Shown here: piece after piece, positions 10,555 through 22,769 of the stretch
Layout of the letters: every line of letters starts with the position of its first letter
Numbering within the stretch: the first letter of the stretch is position 1
Assembly: GCF_006345805.1 (NCBI RefSeq)
Contig: NC_043014.1
Location: 22,444,001-22,508,000 of the forward strand
Length of the DNA stretch: 64,000 nt
From: Octopus sinensis
Taxonomy: Eukaryota
Direction of reading: 5' to 3'
The notes under the pieces: model-generated
What the model saw: only the letters and a program-made list of their open reading frames with translations
Database searches by the model: none
What the model was told of the DNA's origin: nothing
Program-made: the position numbers and the translations under genes

Positions 10555-12070
10555 TTAGAGCCTCACTTTTACTTGGACTGATTTTCTTGAGCAGAGCCAA
10601 TCATCTTCCTCCTTTGTTATCTCCTCCATGATGCTCAGCCTCTGGAGGTCATTTTTCACTACTTCATCCCACATATTCCTGGACCTTCCTCTTCCAGATG
10701 TTCCATCAGCATGTAACAATTGGCACTTCTTTATGTATCTCTCCTTATCCATCTGTTTCACATGACCATACCAACAGTTTTCTCTCTTGTGCATTACATC
10801 TGATGCCTCTTGTGCCCAGTTTTTTATCAACAATCTGTACTTTGTCATATATGCACACTGATGTTGTACATCCAGTGGACTATGCTAGCTTTGTTTCTTT
10901 CAAGCCTATGCACATTTCACTATCATGCAGCAAAGCTGTTCATGTACAAGCATCATCATGCAATCTGCTTTCCCTCTGAGCGAGAGAGATGTTTTGTTGC
11001 CAACAGAGGTAATAGTTGTCTAAATTTTCTCCATCCTATTCTTATTCTAGCAATGATACTTTCAGAACATTCTCCTTTATTACTAATTAGGTCACCTAGG
11101 TAACAAAAGCTATCCACTACCTGAAGGAAGTGTCCATAGTATTTGAGAAAATCTATTTCCTGTATGTCCTTAATGTTTATTGCTCCTGTGCATCTTTTGT
11201 ATATAAAGACTACTTTTTCTGTTAATCCTTTGTGTGTCCATTTATAGCTTGCACTGGGCACGCCATATAGAATTCTTTCTTACACCTTTCCTTCATATAA
11301 AGCAGGGCCATTTATTGAGGTGAAAGGAGTCATGTCTATTTTCCTGTTTAATGGAACTTTGCAATTTGGTCCATGTTTTGTTTTTATGCCTGATATTTCT
11401 TCTCTAATTCTATTACAAACTCTACTATGAGAATGAGGTCATCAACATAAAGCAGTTCCTCAGTGCAGTCAGTTTTAAATATCTCTGTTCTGGCTGGAGA
11501 ACAATAAGGAATAGGAGGATACTGAGAATCAAGCCTTGGTGAACTACCAGTATTCATCACTAACTCTCATGACAGTACTGCTGTACATGGCTTGTGTGGT
11601 TTTCACAACCCATTTGCCCAATCCTAGCCTCTTTAGAGACAAGCAGAGGACTTTGTTGGAGGTTTTTTTCCAGAGCTAAATACTTTGCTGTTGTTTTAGT
11701 AAGAAGATGGCATCAGTAGCATTCTCCTCAAAACAAAACCAAACTGCATTTTATCTTGTCTAATTTTATTCTTAATTAGTTGGCCTATAACTCACACTGT
11801 AATTTTCATGATCTGGTCCAGCAATTTGATATCATTGTAATGACTTCTAAGGTATCTCCTTTACCCTGTATATAATGCTGCTTCACCAGCCATTGTGTAT
11901 GACACCTTTCTAATTAAGTATACAGGTGACTCGACCATTCTGCCAGATATTTTAAGCATCTCAAAGGTATTTCCTGATTTGTTAATTAAGGTGGTGAGCT
12001 GGCAGAATCCTTACCCTGCCAGGCAACATGCTGAGTGGCATTTCATCCATCTTTACATTCTGAGTTCAAA
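10555..12070 (-). mobile_element. Ancient, highly degenerate RTE LINE fragment
   Basis: ORF 10956-11261 (VVDSFCYLGDLIS...IIARIRIGWRKFRQLLPLL) and ORF 10555-10848 (WYGHVKQMD...GRGRSRNMW) resemble the RTE C-terminus. Confidence 0.8.
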
Positions 12071-12298
12071 TTGGTCAACTTTGCCTTTCATCTTTTCAGG
12101 GGTTGATAAAATAATAACCAGTTGAGCACTGGATTTGAGGTAATCAACTTACCCTATCCCCCAAAATGCTGACCTTGTGCCAAAATTTGAAATCAGCATT
12201 TGTTGAGTATTTCGTAGATTTCACCAAAACTTTTACCAATCATTTTGCAGGATGGACTCAATGCATGTTATGTCACTAGCACAAACGGTGTTTTCTAC

Positions 12299-12496
12299 CT
12301 GGATACAAAGTCTCCTGTATTTTGTACAAATTTTTGATTTAAAATTACTTCTCTCTTTGATGGGTTGTTTTCACCACAGCTTGCAGAGTCCATATGTCTT
12401 CCAAACATTCTGCTCTTGTTTTTATAAAACAGGATAATTTTGCTCTTTAGCCACTTGTACATATTTTCTTCTCAATCTGTTGATGTGTGCAGTTGA
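12299..12496 (-). CDS. Candidate first coding exon of an unidentified minus-strand gene
   Basis: Non-repetitive sequence with acceptor ccttacag| and donor AG|gtagaa. The ATG at 12462 opens MYKWLKSKIILFYKNKSRMFGRHMDSASCGENNPSKREVILNQKFVQNTGDFVS (54 codons + 2 nt). No recognisable homology. Confidence 0.3.
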
Positions 12497-12817
12497 CTGT
12501 AAGGCCTTGATATAAATATGTAACAAACATATATCAGTCTCTACAGATATATTTAACACTTTTATGCACAACAGGATAATCCAATATAATTGTAACAATG
12601 AAAGAATTGAAATTTCTATGAATTTTAAGAAAAACATTCAAATTTAACAGAAAAGACAATTTTACATGCCTTCCTCTCAAAAAACAAAAACTAAATTGCC
12701 AAAATACTTTAAAATTAAAAAGAGTAATTTATGTTCAGTCTGTTTAAACCATATCTGAAAAGATGCTTTTTTATTCTGTTTACACATATCAATAAGGACA
12801 GTCTATATCCTGCTTGT

Positions 12818-13143
12818 GTGAAGGTTTGTGGCTCAGTGGTTAGGGTATTTGGCTCACGATTGCAAAGTCATGAGTTCAATTCCTGGCAATGTGTTGTGTC
12901 CTTGAGTAAGATATTTTATTTCATGTTGCCACAGTTGACTCAGCTGGCAAAAACGAGTAGTAACTATATATATTTCAAAGGGCCAGCTTTGTCACACTCT
13001 ATGTCATGCTGAATCTCCTTGTGAACTACTTTAAGGGTACCATGTCTGTGGAGTGCTCAGCCAGTTGCACATTAATTTGACAAGTAGGCTGTTCTGTTGA
13101 TCAGATCAACTGGAACCCTTGTCATTGTAAGTGACAGTGTCTA
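12818..13143 (+). mobile_element. tRNA-derived SINE with a 14-bp TSD
   Basis: A box tggctcagtgg, B box gagttcaattcc and a V-domain-like tgtgtccttgag. TSD tatatcctgcttgt at 12804-12817 and 13144-13157. The 3' half is shared with 54212-54580. Confidence 0.85.
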
Positions 13144-14484
13144 TATATCCTGCTTGTTTATACATATTTTCTGAAAAGAGAAAAAAAATAATAACTATTT
13201 ATTCTTGTTTATATATTTAAGACTTATTGACAATGAGGATTTTCAACCGAAAATCTCACAAAGCCTTTCTGAGATAATAATAATGTTTTATCTTTTTAGT
13301 ATATAAAACCGAGTGTATGTTTCATTTTGTTGGCTACAGTTTTGCACCTACGTAACTAATTTTTATACTTTGCAATGAGACACATATTTTCAAGAATTTG
13401 ATCATTCGCTATGTGACTTTTTTTGATACTTTCTATAAATCAGTGCCAGAAACTGCTGCTAATGCATTTATATTTTCGTAGTTTTACATTCGACTCCTTT
13501 TGAGGCTTATATGAGTTGAATGGTTTCTGTTGGTGTAATTGTTTTTACATATGAATGCCGCTCCTATTGCCAGCCACTCAACTCAATCATGCTAACTTAA
13601 TCACAACGAATGATTAGAACCTTGAGTTATGCCCCTTGACTAGCAAACAAGTTGCAGTTGTAAGGTTTGATTCCAATACTATGTGTAGTAGAATGCCAAT
13701 GTATCCTTACAGCTGTCTCTGATAACAGTTAAGGTATATTCACAATACAGTCTGTAAATAGCTAATTATTGCTTAAAACCAGGTCAATCCTCATTCAGCA
13801 GATCTATGCTCGAAAGTGTTCCATTCAGAACGATGCTGATATGTGACTACATCTTGGAATTCTAAGATTAAAACTAATGAAATAGTTGCTGTATATTTAC
13901 TAAAAGAATAATAAAAAAAAACTAGTAACATAATATTTTGAATCTTTCATGGCAATTTTAAACACTCCTCTGTTCATTAAATAGAATTTCTCAGGGAATA
14001 AAAGTTTTGATTTAGCAACAATGTTAGAGACAGATTTTGTTCATTGTCCTTTAAACTCATTTCATGTCATCTATAGCTTAGTTTTACACCACAACCTGGC
14101 CCTTAGGTGTACTACTTTTTGTGGCATGCATTGTGTTGCAGACTTCTGCACCAAGTCTCTGCTTTTAGAGTACCTTGCACACTTTCTTCTCCTTCCTATC
14201 TCAGAAGCCCTGTCAATAGTAAGAACACTAAATTTCCTCCTATGACTAGAGCATTAATTTTTTTTAAATGTGATCCATTACAGACAAATACTTCAATTTC
14301 ACTTTACTTAATACTAAAAAGTCAAGAAAAAGTGAATGATTCCACTTCAGCAGCAATCAATAGTTATCTAAATATCTTGTTGAAAGACATGACATTATAA
14401 ATCCCAATTGGGACAATCCACCATAAAAATATATGTTGAAATGGCAATCTAAAAAATGTTAATACAATGATTCTTTAAACTCAC

Positions 14485-14538
14485 ATCTGCACTATGTCCA
14501 TAGTTGCTTTATTATAATTCTTGTGTCAACTATATTTA
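14485..14538 (-). other. Candidate 54-nt (probably 5'-UTR) exon of the minus-strand gene
   Basis: Acceptor ttaatttttgcag| and donor |gtgagt in unique sequence; stops in all three frames before an internal ATG. Confidence 0.3.
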
Positions 14539-14599
14539 CTGCAAAAATTAACTATGGCCTTTTAAATACTCTTGTTGAAAGTAACATTGATGTTTTCAT

Positions 14600-14850
14600 A
14601 CATCACATCATCATCAACATTTAACGTCTGTTTTCCATGATGACATAGGTTGGACAACTTGACTTACAAGGCCAGAAGCAGCACCAGCACACACACCAAT
14701 GCTTTTTACATGGCACCTTGGTTTTAGGATCTCAATTCTATTGTGGTGGGTGGGTCTTCCTGAGTACAGCAATGTCTCACATATCAGTCCTCTGTCATCT
14801 TTCTGTGGCTGAGTGTTTTGAGATCAGCCTTCAATACTTTGTCCCATGTC
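14600..14850 (-). mobile_element. Degenerate RTE 3'-end fragment
   Basis: catcatcatcaacatttaacgtctgttttccatg terminus plus C-terminal remnants. Confidence 0.7.
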
Positions 14851-16143
14851 ATCCTGGATCTCCCTCTTCCATAATGTCCTTCCACGTCACCATATTTAAA
14901 AAAAAAAAGTAATTGTTAAAAATGTTTTATCTTGCATTGACTGAATATCTCATGCTTCATTCCAATACACAGCTGCCATGTCAGGTTTTTAACTTAACAT
15001 TGACAGTTATGTAACGCTACATTATGCTGCTAATATGCACTTATGAATCAATGTTAAAAAAATGAACTATTGTTTTGTTTTTCATTCAGGAAGGACACAT
15101 AGAACTTACTCAATCTGTCTCCTCTTTAATCATTGCATGTAGGATTTCCAAACTTTTTGTTTGCTACCTCTAATTTTTGATTATTTATATAATATCACAG
15201 CATGTTTCTCAAAGGAAGTATTCTAAAAAAAATTGAGACAAGGTGAGCATTGCTGGATAGGAATCATTGAGGATTAACGAAGATGATAGGAGAAAACAAA
15301 AACAAAATTTTTAAAATTACTGATTTGTTTCAGGAAAGTACTGGTGATTTTATGAAATGAAAAGGGTACATTTGAGTGAAAACACTCGAGAGCCAACAAA
15401 GAAGGCTCTACACGGCTGCTTGGCTTGCTAAAAATAGCAGCCAGATTTTTAAAAGTATAATTATGTTATTAAAAAAATGATTTGTTGAATGATCCTAGAC
15501 ACCCTGTATCTAAATACGAAAAGATGGGATGGGCACCACTGGATCATAGGCCTGCTCAAGTCAACCTAGAGATAAACAACAAGTTTGTCCATAAAGATAT
15601 TGAGCAATATATACAAAAAGAAATGTAACTGAGGAGTACACTCTGTCTCATTGAGTATGGTTGGTACATGGAAATTGAAAATTCCTAGTAGCAAATTGCA
15701 ACTCATTATGTAGAAAAATAAATTATTTTACACAACCAGATGTGTTATAGACAATAGGATCAACATTAGTGGTTATGCTTAAATAAGGGGTTTCAAAATT
15801 GGAGTAAATTACACCTACCAAGGAGATAAATTTGCTCATTTGGATCGTACAGCTATTTTTCAATTATAAATTTTAAAAATCTGAAGTTGAGAAGGAAATT
15901 TGAAGTAGACCTATTTTGTGAAAAAAAAAAAACAAAAAAAAAACAGTAATTTCTTTTACCACTTTGAATTTAACAACCTGCATTTTATATCTTTAATTAT
16001 TGTGTTGCTGATGGAATTGTCTAATTCAGAAGACCGTGTTTGGTTCTAGTATCTGTTCATCATTAGTTCATAAATCAACGAAATAACATTGTTATGTAGT
16101 ACTATCATTACTGTTAGTTGAATAGAAAAATAATAATGCTTAA

Positions 16144-16359
16144 CCATTTAGCATTCAGATTACTCTGTCAAATGTAATGCCTATTTATTCCCACTATTTT
16201 GAATTAATCATGTAATATTTCATAGCTTTGAGATTTTAATGATATGATTGTTTAGTTTTACAATGACATAAGGTATAAAAGGCCAAATCTGGCTGGTTTG
16301 AACATAAAACAGATAGAATACTTTGGAAGATGGATATGGCCAGTTTAAGTGCAAAAGGG
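16144..16359. mobile_element. piggyBac-type MITE
   Basis: TTAA at 16140-16143 and 16360-16363; imperfect TIRs ccatttagcatt / agtgcaaaaggg. Confidence 0.6.
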
Positions 16360-17899
16360 TTAAAACAGTATTTTTAATTCCCTATCTGTTGCTTGTTTTA
16401 CTGTGGTAGAATTTCAAGATAAAATTACTGGACAAAACAGAAAGGGGGTCAAAATAATTTCGAAATGTTGTCAGCAGGTGAATGCAATGAAAATGATTGT
16501 GAACTCTTATTTGAAGTGTTCAACAAAATCAAACTGCAAAACTTTTACCAAAAAGCTAGACTTAATCTGTTACTTGGTTTAACACCCTGATCTAACCACT
16601 AGTGGTCTTCACTCTGGGTTCAGCTTAATCACATAAACCCTTCCATATTTCTAGCCTTACACCTGCTGTATCATTCTTTTATGATAGCAGTGCTGTAGAT
16701 GTTTTGCATGACACTATCATGTATCTCAACCTCATGGTCACAAGATGAAGGCTATTTAATGTGGTTACCTTTTCTGAGCCCAAAGAGTTTTTTTTCTTAT
16801 GTTTTGCTTGCAACTACAACTTTACTTATTCAGTTGATTCAGCCTTGGGGAGGTAAGGGACTGCATGTAACTACTGCTTTACTTTAATAAATACTTTGCT
16901 GTGGGACCACATAAATGGACTTGGCTCTGTGCCCAACAGTATAAATACAATCTATAATTTCTTATTAATGACATAACAATGGCATCATCGATAGGATTTG
17001 GAGAATTAATGTTGTCTGATCCTGATTTGATTTATGTCTGATTAAGATGCTCTTCATGCAGTACCAATACAAAAAAGCTCAAGGACTCTGCTGATAGTAA
17101 AGAAACAACTTATCCCAGTGCATGACTTCAGTGGGGCCCTGGTTTGGGATTTCCAGGTTTTGAGGAGTGTGGAACCACCTCTTAGCCACTTTTGTTCCTG
17201 TGTCTACACAGATCTGAAATAGTAGGGTCCCACATATGGACTAATTAGCATGTCACAGAATTGCCTCCAGAAAAAGGTCACTTACAGACACCCCAAAGGA
17301 CCCAATGCAGATGAGGCTCTTTAGTTGCTCATCTATACAAATCCTGCTTCTTGATAACTACAGGACTCTTGTCACTTGTTGTACCAAACCAATACAAGTT
17401 TAAAGGATGAGAGAGTGGGGTTGGCTCTGCACAAACCATGCCAAGGCAGCAGAGGTCTATAGTAATAACCTCTTGTTGACTTCTAGGGTAATTAATTGAG
17501 CATTTAAAAACAGCAAAGTGAGTAAATCCCTACAGAAAATCTAGAGGGAGGGCAGATGTGTACAACTGTACTTAACCAATATCTGGCATCCCCTGTGGTT
17601 CTATGGATGCTGCAAATATATTGACTTGTCTCTCCTTTGTAGTATATCCATGGATGGAGAGGTGGAAAGTATACTTGGAGCTAGAAACTTGCTTCTAAAA
17701 ACAGCCCAGGCACAGCAGAAGTGGTTAAATTACTGCCTCTGCAATGTCAATGACCAGAATTCAAGAATATTAAGAGCCTATCTGATAGTGTATCTTAAAG
17801 TGTTGGAGGAAATGAACAGTGCAGACATAAAAGAAACAATAGTCTTTAATAAGAGACGGTTATGGTGAAAAAGCACTCTTTCTGGCTCTGAAGTAAATA

Positions 17900-19300
17900 T
17901 TATTAGAAACATTATATTAATATTATGAAAGATTGAAAGATACTGCCTATTTTTGTGAAATTGATAAGTAGGACAATCTGCTGAAGACTACTTCTTGACA
18001 ATTGCAACTAATTAATTGACTCTCAAACCCATTAACATCATCATCATCATATAACATCCCTTTTCTCTATGTTGGCAGGGGCAGGACAGTTTGACATGAA
18101 CAGATGAATCAGAGGACTTTGTCAAGTTCTAACGTATGCTTTGGCATGGTTGCAACGGTTGGATGCCTTTCTTAATACCAGCCACTTCACAGAGTGTACT
18201 GAGTGCTTTTTATGTGGCACAGGCACAGATGCTATTACGTGGTGCCAGTACAAGTACTTGTTATGTGGCACTGACGCAGGGCTCTTGCAGGCTAATCATC
18301 TTCAACAGGGATGTGGCATTAACAGTTCTATTGTGGAGGACAGGTCATCTTGAGTACAACAAGGTGCCAGATATCTTAGTCCTTTGTCATTTCCTCCATA
18401 AGGTTCAGTGTCCTGAGGTCATCCTTCAGTACTTGATCCCATGTCTTCCTGGGTTTCCCTCTGCTATGAGTTCCATCCAGAAAATGCCTCTTGGATTGTT
18501 GTTTGGATACACCTGTCATACACAAAAACAACAAGTGTTACATATTTCAATGTGGAAAATTTATCAAAAGATTTCACAGGCAAAATAATTTACCAAAAGA
18601 ACATTTACATTGGCGGTCACATCACTGCTGACTTGAAGCAGAAAGGGAAAGCAGTTCTACAAGAACACACCTGCCATGCTGTGGCTATCAATGCAAAGAA
18701 GAATGTCTTTCATGTTGGAGAATTGACATTCCTTGGCCACAAGATTTCTTAACATGGTATTCAGCCAGATAATATATTAGTGAAGAAGTTATTAGACCTA
18801 AAGATCCCATAGGACAGGAAGGAATTGGAGTCATTTCTAGGAATAACTAATTTTTACACTAAATTTATTCCTGCATAAGTCTGTAGATTTTTAAATCTAT
18901 GTAAACAGCACTCCACATTTTTATGTAAGAAGGAATGCACTAATCTGTTTAAAATATTAAAGAAAGATTTGGGTTGTTCAGTCCTATACTTGTCCTGATG
19001 TCTATTTGAAGCTGAATATTGAAATATCTAACATTGAAAGAGATACTTTGACAGTTGTCTGGACAATTCAAAGAAGCTAAAACTTTTTAATGAAACAAAA
19101 ATTTTTCTTCAGTATGTAAGTTCTTAGAGATCATATTCAATCCAAGAAGAGAACTATCTAAAGCAGCATCTGTCACAATATTATGATGGGCAATCCACTT
19201 TGCTGCTTTGACCAAGTTTTTATATGTGAAAGACAATACTATTTTCCATGTAGACACTCTATCAAGAATGAAGTTCACTGAACCAATAAATTTAGCTGCA
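17900..19300 (+). mobile_element. Ty3/Gypsy pol fossil (RT-RNase H), interrupted by an RTE fragment
   Basis: INAKKNVFHVGELTFLGHKIS*HGIQPD...KELESFLGITNFYTKFIP (~18690-18880), IIYQKNIYIGG (decayed YQDD) and NIERDTLTVVWTI (RNase H ERE-like, ~19030-19065). Confidence 0.75.
18035..18470 (-). mobile_element. Degenerate RTE 3'-end fragment
   Basis: (CAT)n terminus and ggatgcctttcttaataccagccac...gctttttatgtggcac motifs. Confidence 0.7.
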
Positions 19301-19454
19301 AATAAAATGGAGGTATCATTTATTCAGTGGATGAACTGAAAATAGAATGAAACAAAGAATGATATAATTATTAATCAAATCAAAACGAGTAAATGAAATA
19401 ATTGCTCAATAAGTGAGAGACCTTATAAAGTTAGTAGACTAAAACTCATTGCTG

Positions 19455-19680
19455 ATCATCATCATCAACATCAGTTTTCAATGGTTGGACGGTTTGACAG
19501 GAATTGGTAACACTGGAAACCGCATCAGGTTCCATTGTCTGTTTTGGCATGGTTTCTACAGCTGGATGCCCTTCCTAATGCCAACCACCTTACAGAGTGT
19601 ACCGGGTGCTTTTTATGTGGCACTAGCACCAGTACTTTTTATGAGGCACCAGCACTGACAGGGTCACCAAGTACCTTGAA
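19455..19680 (-). mobile_element. RTE 3'-UTR fragment
   Basis: ttctacagctggatgcccttcctaatgccaaccac family motif. Confidence 0.75.
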
Positions 19681-19699
19681 AGTCAAAAACACCTCAGCT

Positions 19700-20340
19700 G
19701 TGATGGTGGAATAGTATTGAGAGAATGTGGCTTTGCGCTAGTTGAGAGATTTGAGGCATAGAAGGGACAGATATAGGTGTCTTGCTGTAGAATAAATACG
19801 TAGATATACCAGTTGGAAAGGAAAGGAGATTGAGTTAGAGAGTAAGATAAAGAAGGCGATTGTGAGAGAGATTATGGTGAAGATGTGTTGGAACATGCCT
19901 TTGACAGACATTGGGGTGAGGTGAGAATATATAGAGGCTTGAGCTGAGTGAGAATATATAGAGGCTTGAGCTGACTGTAGCAAATAATGGAGAGAAATAT
20001 AGAAGCTCAGAAGCAGGGTTTGCAGTAGACATGTGAGAACATTGAGGGTGATAGCAGGCAAGTGACGAGTTGATGATGGAGAGCAGTGCAAGGAGGAGAG
20101 ACAAGGCACAGAAAAAAGATGATTGGTGGAGACAGTAAGCAAGGGAAGAAAGGTAATCGAGAAAGCCAGGTGGGTGTAGTATGTGTCCATTCTGCTCTCA
20201 GGTGATAGAGGAAGTAATGGATGTTAGAAGATGAAATGTAAGGGAGAAGGTTGACTTGGTAGAGAGGATGGATATAAGCAGTACCAAGGTAGTTTTTGGA
20301 TATATATATATCAATTCTGCTGTAGTGGACTAGTCTTCTT
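19700..20340. repeat. Unclassified purine-rich repeat with an internal 27-bp tandem duplication
   Basis: gtgagaatatatagaggcttgagctga occurs twice (19921-19974). An inverted partial copy lies at ~21090-21230. Confidence 0.55.
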
Positions 20341-20749
20341 GAATACAGCAAGGCACTAAATATCTTGATCTTTTGTTATCTCCTTTGTAAGGTACAGTGT
20401 CATCAGATTAGCCTTCAATACTGTAGTGTGATGGATGAAGAGGACAACAGAAGGAGAAGCAATGGGAGAAAGAAATACAAAAGGCCTTACCTCGGTGAAG
20501 ATCAGAGGTCTCTTACGAATTCGACATGTCCTGTCGCTTCCTTGTCTATGCTTGCACTGACCCTTCGTCGATGACCACACGTGCGTCCTGCTTGACCTCT
20601 TCCGCTTCCTGCCACGCATGCACCCTGCAGTCTTCTGCCGGCCCCTGCAAGCCCTACTTCTGCCCGCCTCATCTGTCATCCTCTCCACCAGTACCACATA
20701 GCTCATCACATCCCACAACACCAACTGCCAACACCACAAATACTTCATC

Positions 20750-21075
20750 CTATGCTTTCCTAGATCTTCCTCTTGCACAAGCTCCATCCACTTTTGGAGA
20801 TAAACACTTCTATATGCAACTGTTCACATCCATATGCATCACATGACCAAACCAGCGCAGTCTTCTCTCCTGCACATTGTATTTAATTCCTCTTAGACCT
20901 AACTTCTCTCTCAATACACTAGATCTCTGCCACACATGTATACAGACATTGCACCCCCAGTGGAGTACACTAGCTTCATTTATCTGTAATGTTCTCATGT
21001 CCTCTAAATTCAGGACCCACATCTCACTACCATGCAGTATTGGTGTTCATATACATGCATCATAGTCTTCCTTTC
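20750..21075 (-). mobile_element. Old RTE C-terminal fragment
   Basis: ORF 20810-21022 ...INEASVLHW...VQERRLRWFGHVMHMD. Confidence 0.75.
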
Positions 21076-21354
21076 ATTCCCCGAGTGAGAGGAAGATAAT
21101 CTCTCTCACAATTGCACTCTTTATCTTACTCTCTAACCCACTCTCTTTTCTTTTCCAACTGGTATATCTATGCATTTATTCTATAACCAGACACCTGTAT
21201 CTATCCCTTTTTAGTGAGTTTTAGCCCACTAATTTTATATAATGTTCGGTCATTCTTTGACAGCTGTTAGAATCAATCCAGTGAAGAACAACAACTGGTG
21301 TGAGATTATGAAGGCTTCATGTACATGAGGAATTTATTTCGATGCAGTATGAGA

Positions 21355-21982
21355 GTATGACCATACCAGAGCAGTCGTCCCTCTTGCACACCACATCTGA
21401 TGCTTCTTAGGTCCAACCTTTCTCTCAAGGTACTTACACTCTGTCGAGTATGCACACTGACATTACACATCCATCGGAGCAGTCACGGCCCATGTTTCAC
21501 TGCCATGTAGCATAGCTGTTCGTACACATGTGTTGTACTGTCTACCTTTTACTCTGAGCGAGAAGCCCTTTGTCACCAGCAGAGGTAAGAGCTCTCTGAA
21601 CTTAGCCCAGGCTATTCTTATTCTAGCAGCTACACTTTCAGCGCACCCTCCCCTGCTACTGACTTGGTCACCTAGGTAACGCAAGCTATCAACTACTTCT
21701 AGTTTTTCTCCCTGGAATGTGGCGGAAGTTGTTCTCTGCACATTTTCAGTGTTATTTATAGCTCCCGAGCATCTGCCACATACAAAAGCTATCCTCCCAC
21801 TTAGCCTTCCTTTGATAATGCTGCATCTCTTATGTGTCCATAGCTTACACTGGGTACATCTTATAGAGTTTCTACCTACGCCTTTTCTACAGATCAAGCA
21901 GGGCCATCTACCTGAAGGCATTTGTGGTTTGCCTGCCTTCCTACTTATTAGGACTTTGGTTTTAGCTAGGTTGACTCTAAGA
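21355..21982 (-). mobile_element. Internal RTE fragment (finger + thumb region), internally deleted
   Basis: ORF 21463-21921 is nearly collinear with ORF 3553-4359. Confidence 0.9.
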
Positions 21983-22035
21983 TGTATATGGATACATATA
22001 TATATTTATATATATGTGGATGTATATATTTATAT

Positions 22036-22086
<51 letters not shown>

Positions 22087-22088
<2 letters not shown>

Positions 22089-22460
22089 ATGAAGCCACTG
22101 TAGACTCTTCAACCACTAAGGACATAGTTTCGTCAAAGAAATATGTGGGTCTCACAGAAGGGAATTTCAAAGCCAGGTTCAACAATCACACCTTGAACTT
22201 CAGACACTGGGAAAAAAGAAAAAACAACCAAATTATCCAGTTATATATGGTCCTTAAAAGAAAAAGGTGTTAACTATAAAATCCATTGGAAGATCTTAGC
22301 CAAGAGTAAGCTTTACACCAACGGCAGTGGGAAGTGTGGTCGTTGTGATATAGGAAGATGGCTTATCAGGAAAAGCAGCAAAGACCCCACTACATGTCTA
22401 AATTCAAGAACTGAACTTTTTGGATCATGTCCATATATGGCTAAATATTTCTTATGTTTT
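22087..22460 (+). mobile_element. Penelope-like element GIY-YIG endonuclease remnant
   Basis: YEATV...KKYVGLTEGNFKARFNNHTLNFRH...TKLSSYIWSLKEKGVNYKIHWKIL...KCGRC...LNSRTELFGSC (one frameshift). Confidence 0.85.
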
Positions 22461-22769
22461 TGGTCCCTGCAAGATCACAGATAGAACCTGGTTTTTATAT
22501 TCTGTCCACGTACAAGCATTTCATTTGTTACATATATATTTTTATATTTTTACATAATTTTATATATATTTTATTGCTTTATACATTTTTTCTGCACATT
22601 ACCTTTCATCCTGCATATTTGTGCATGTGCATATAGAGACATGTATATGAACATAATTGTGCGCATATGAAGAAGAGGAGGAAAAATAACAGCAATAATA
22701 ATATGAGCCAATCCCCTAATACCACCCCTAACTTTAACTTGTCTATAAATAGTACAACATCTTCCCTAT

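Noticed and set aside
12422-12496. STAHINRLRRKYVQVAKEQNYPVL* as a last coding exon
   Set aside because: No upstream exon joins it in frame and no homology was seen; the ATG-initiated frame with a donor is a better, though still weak, model.
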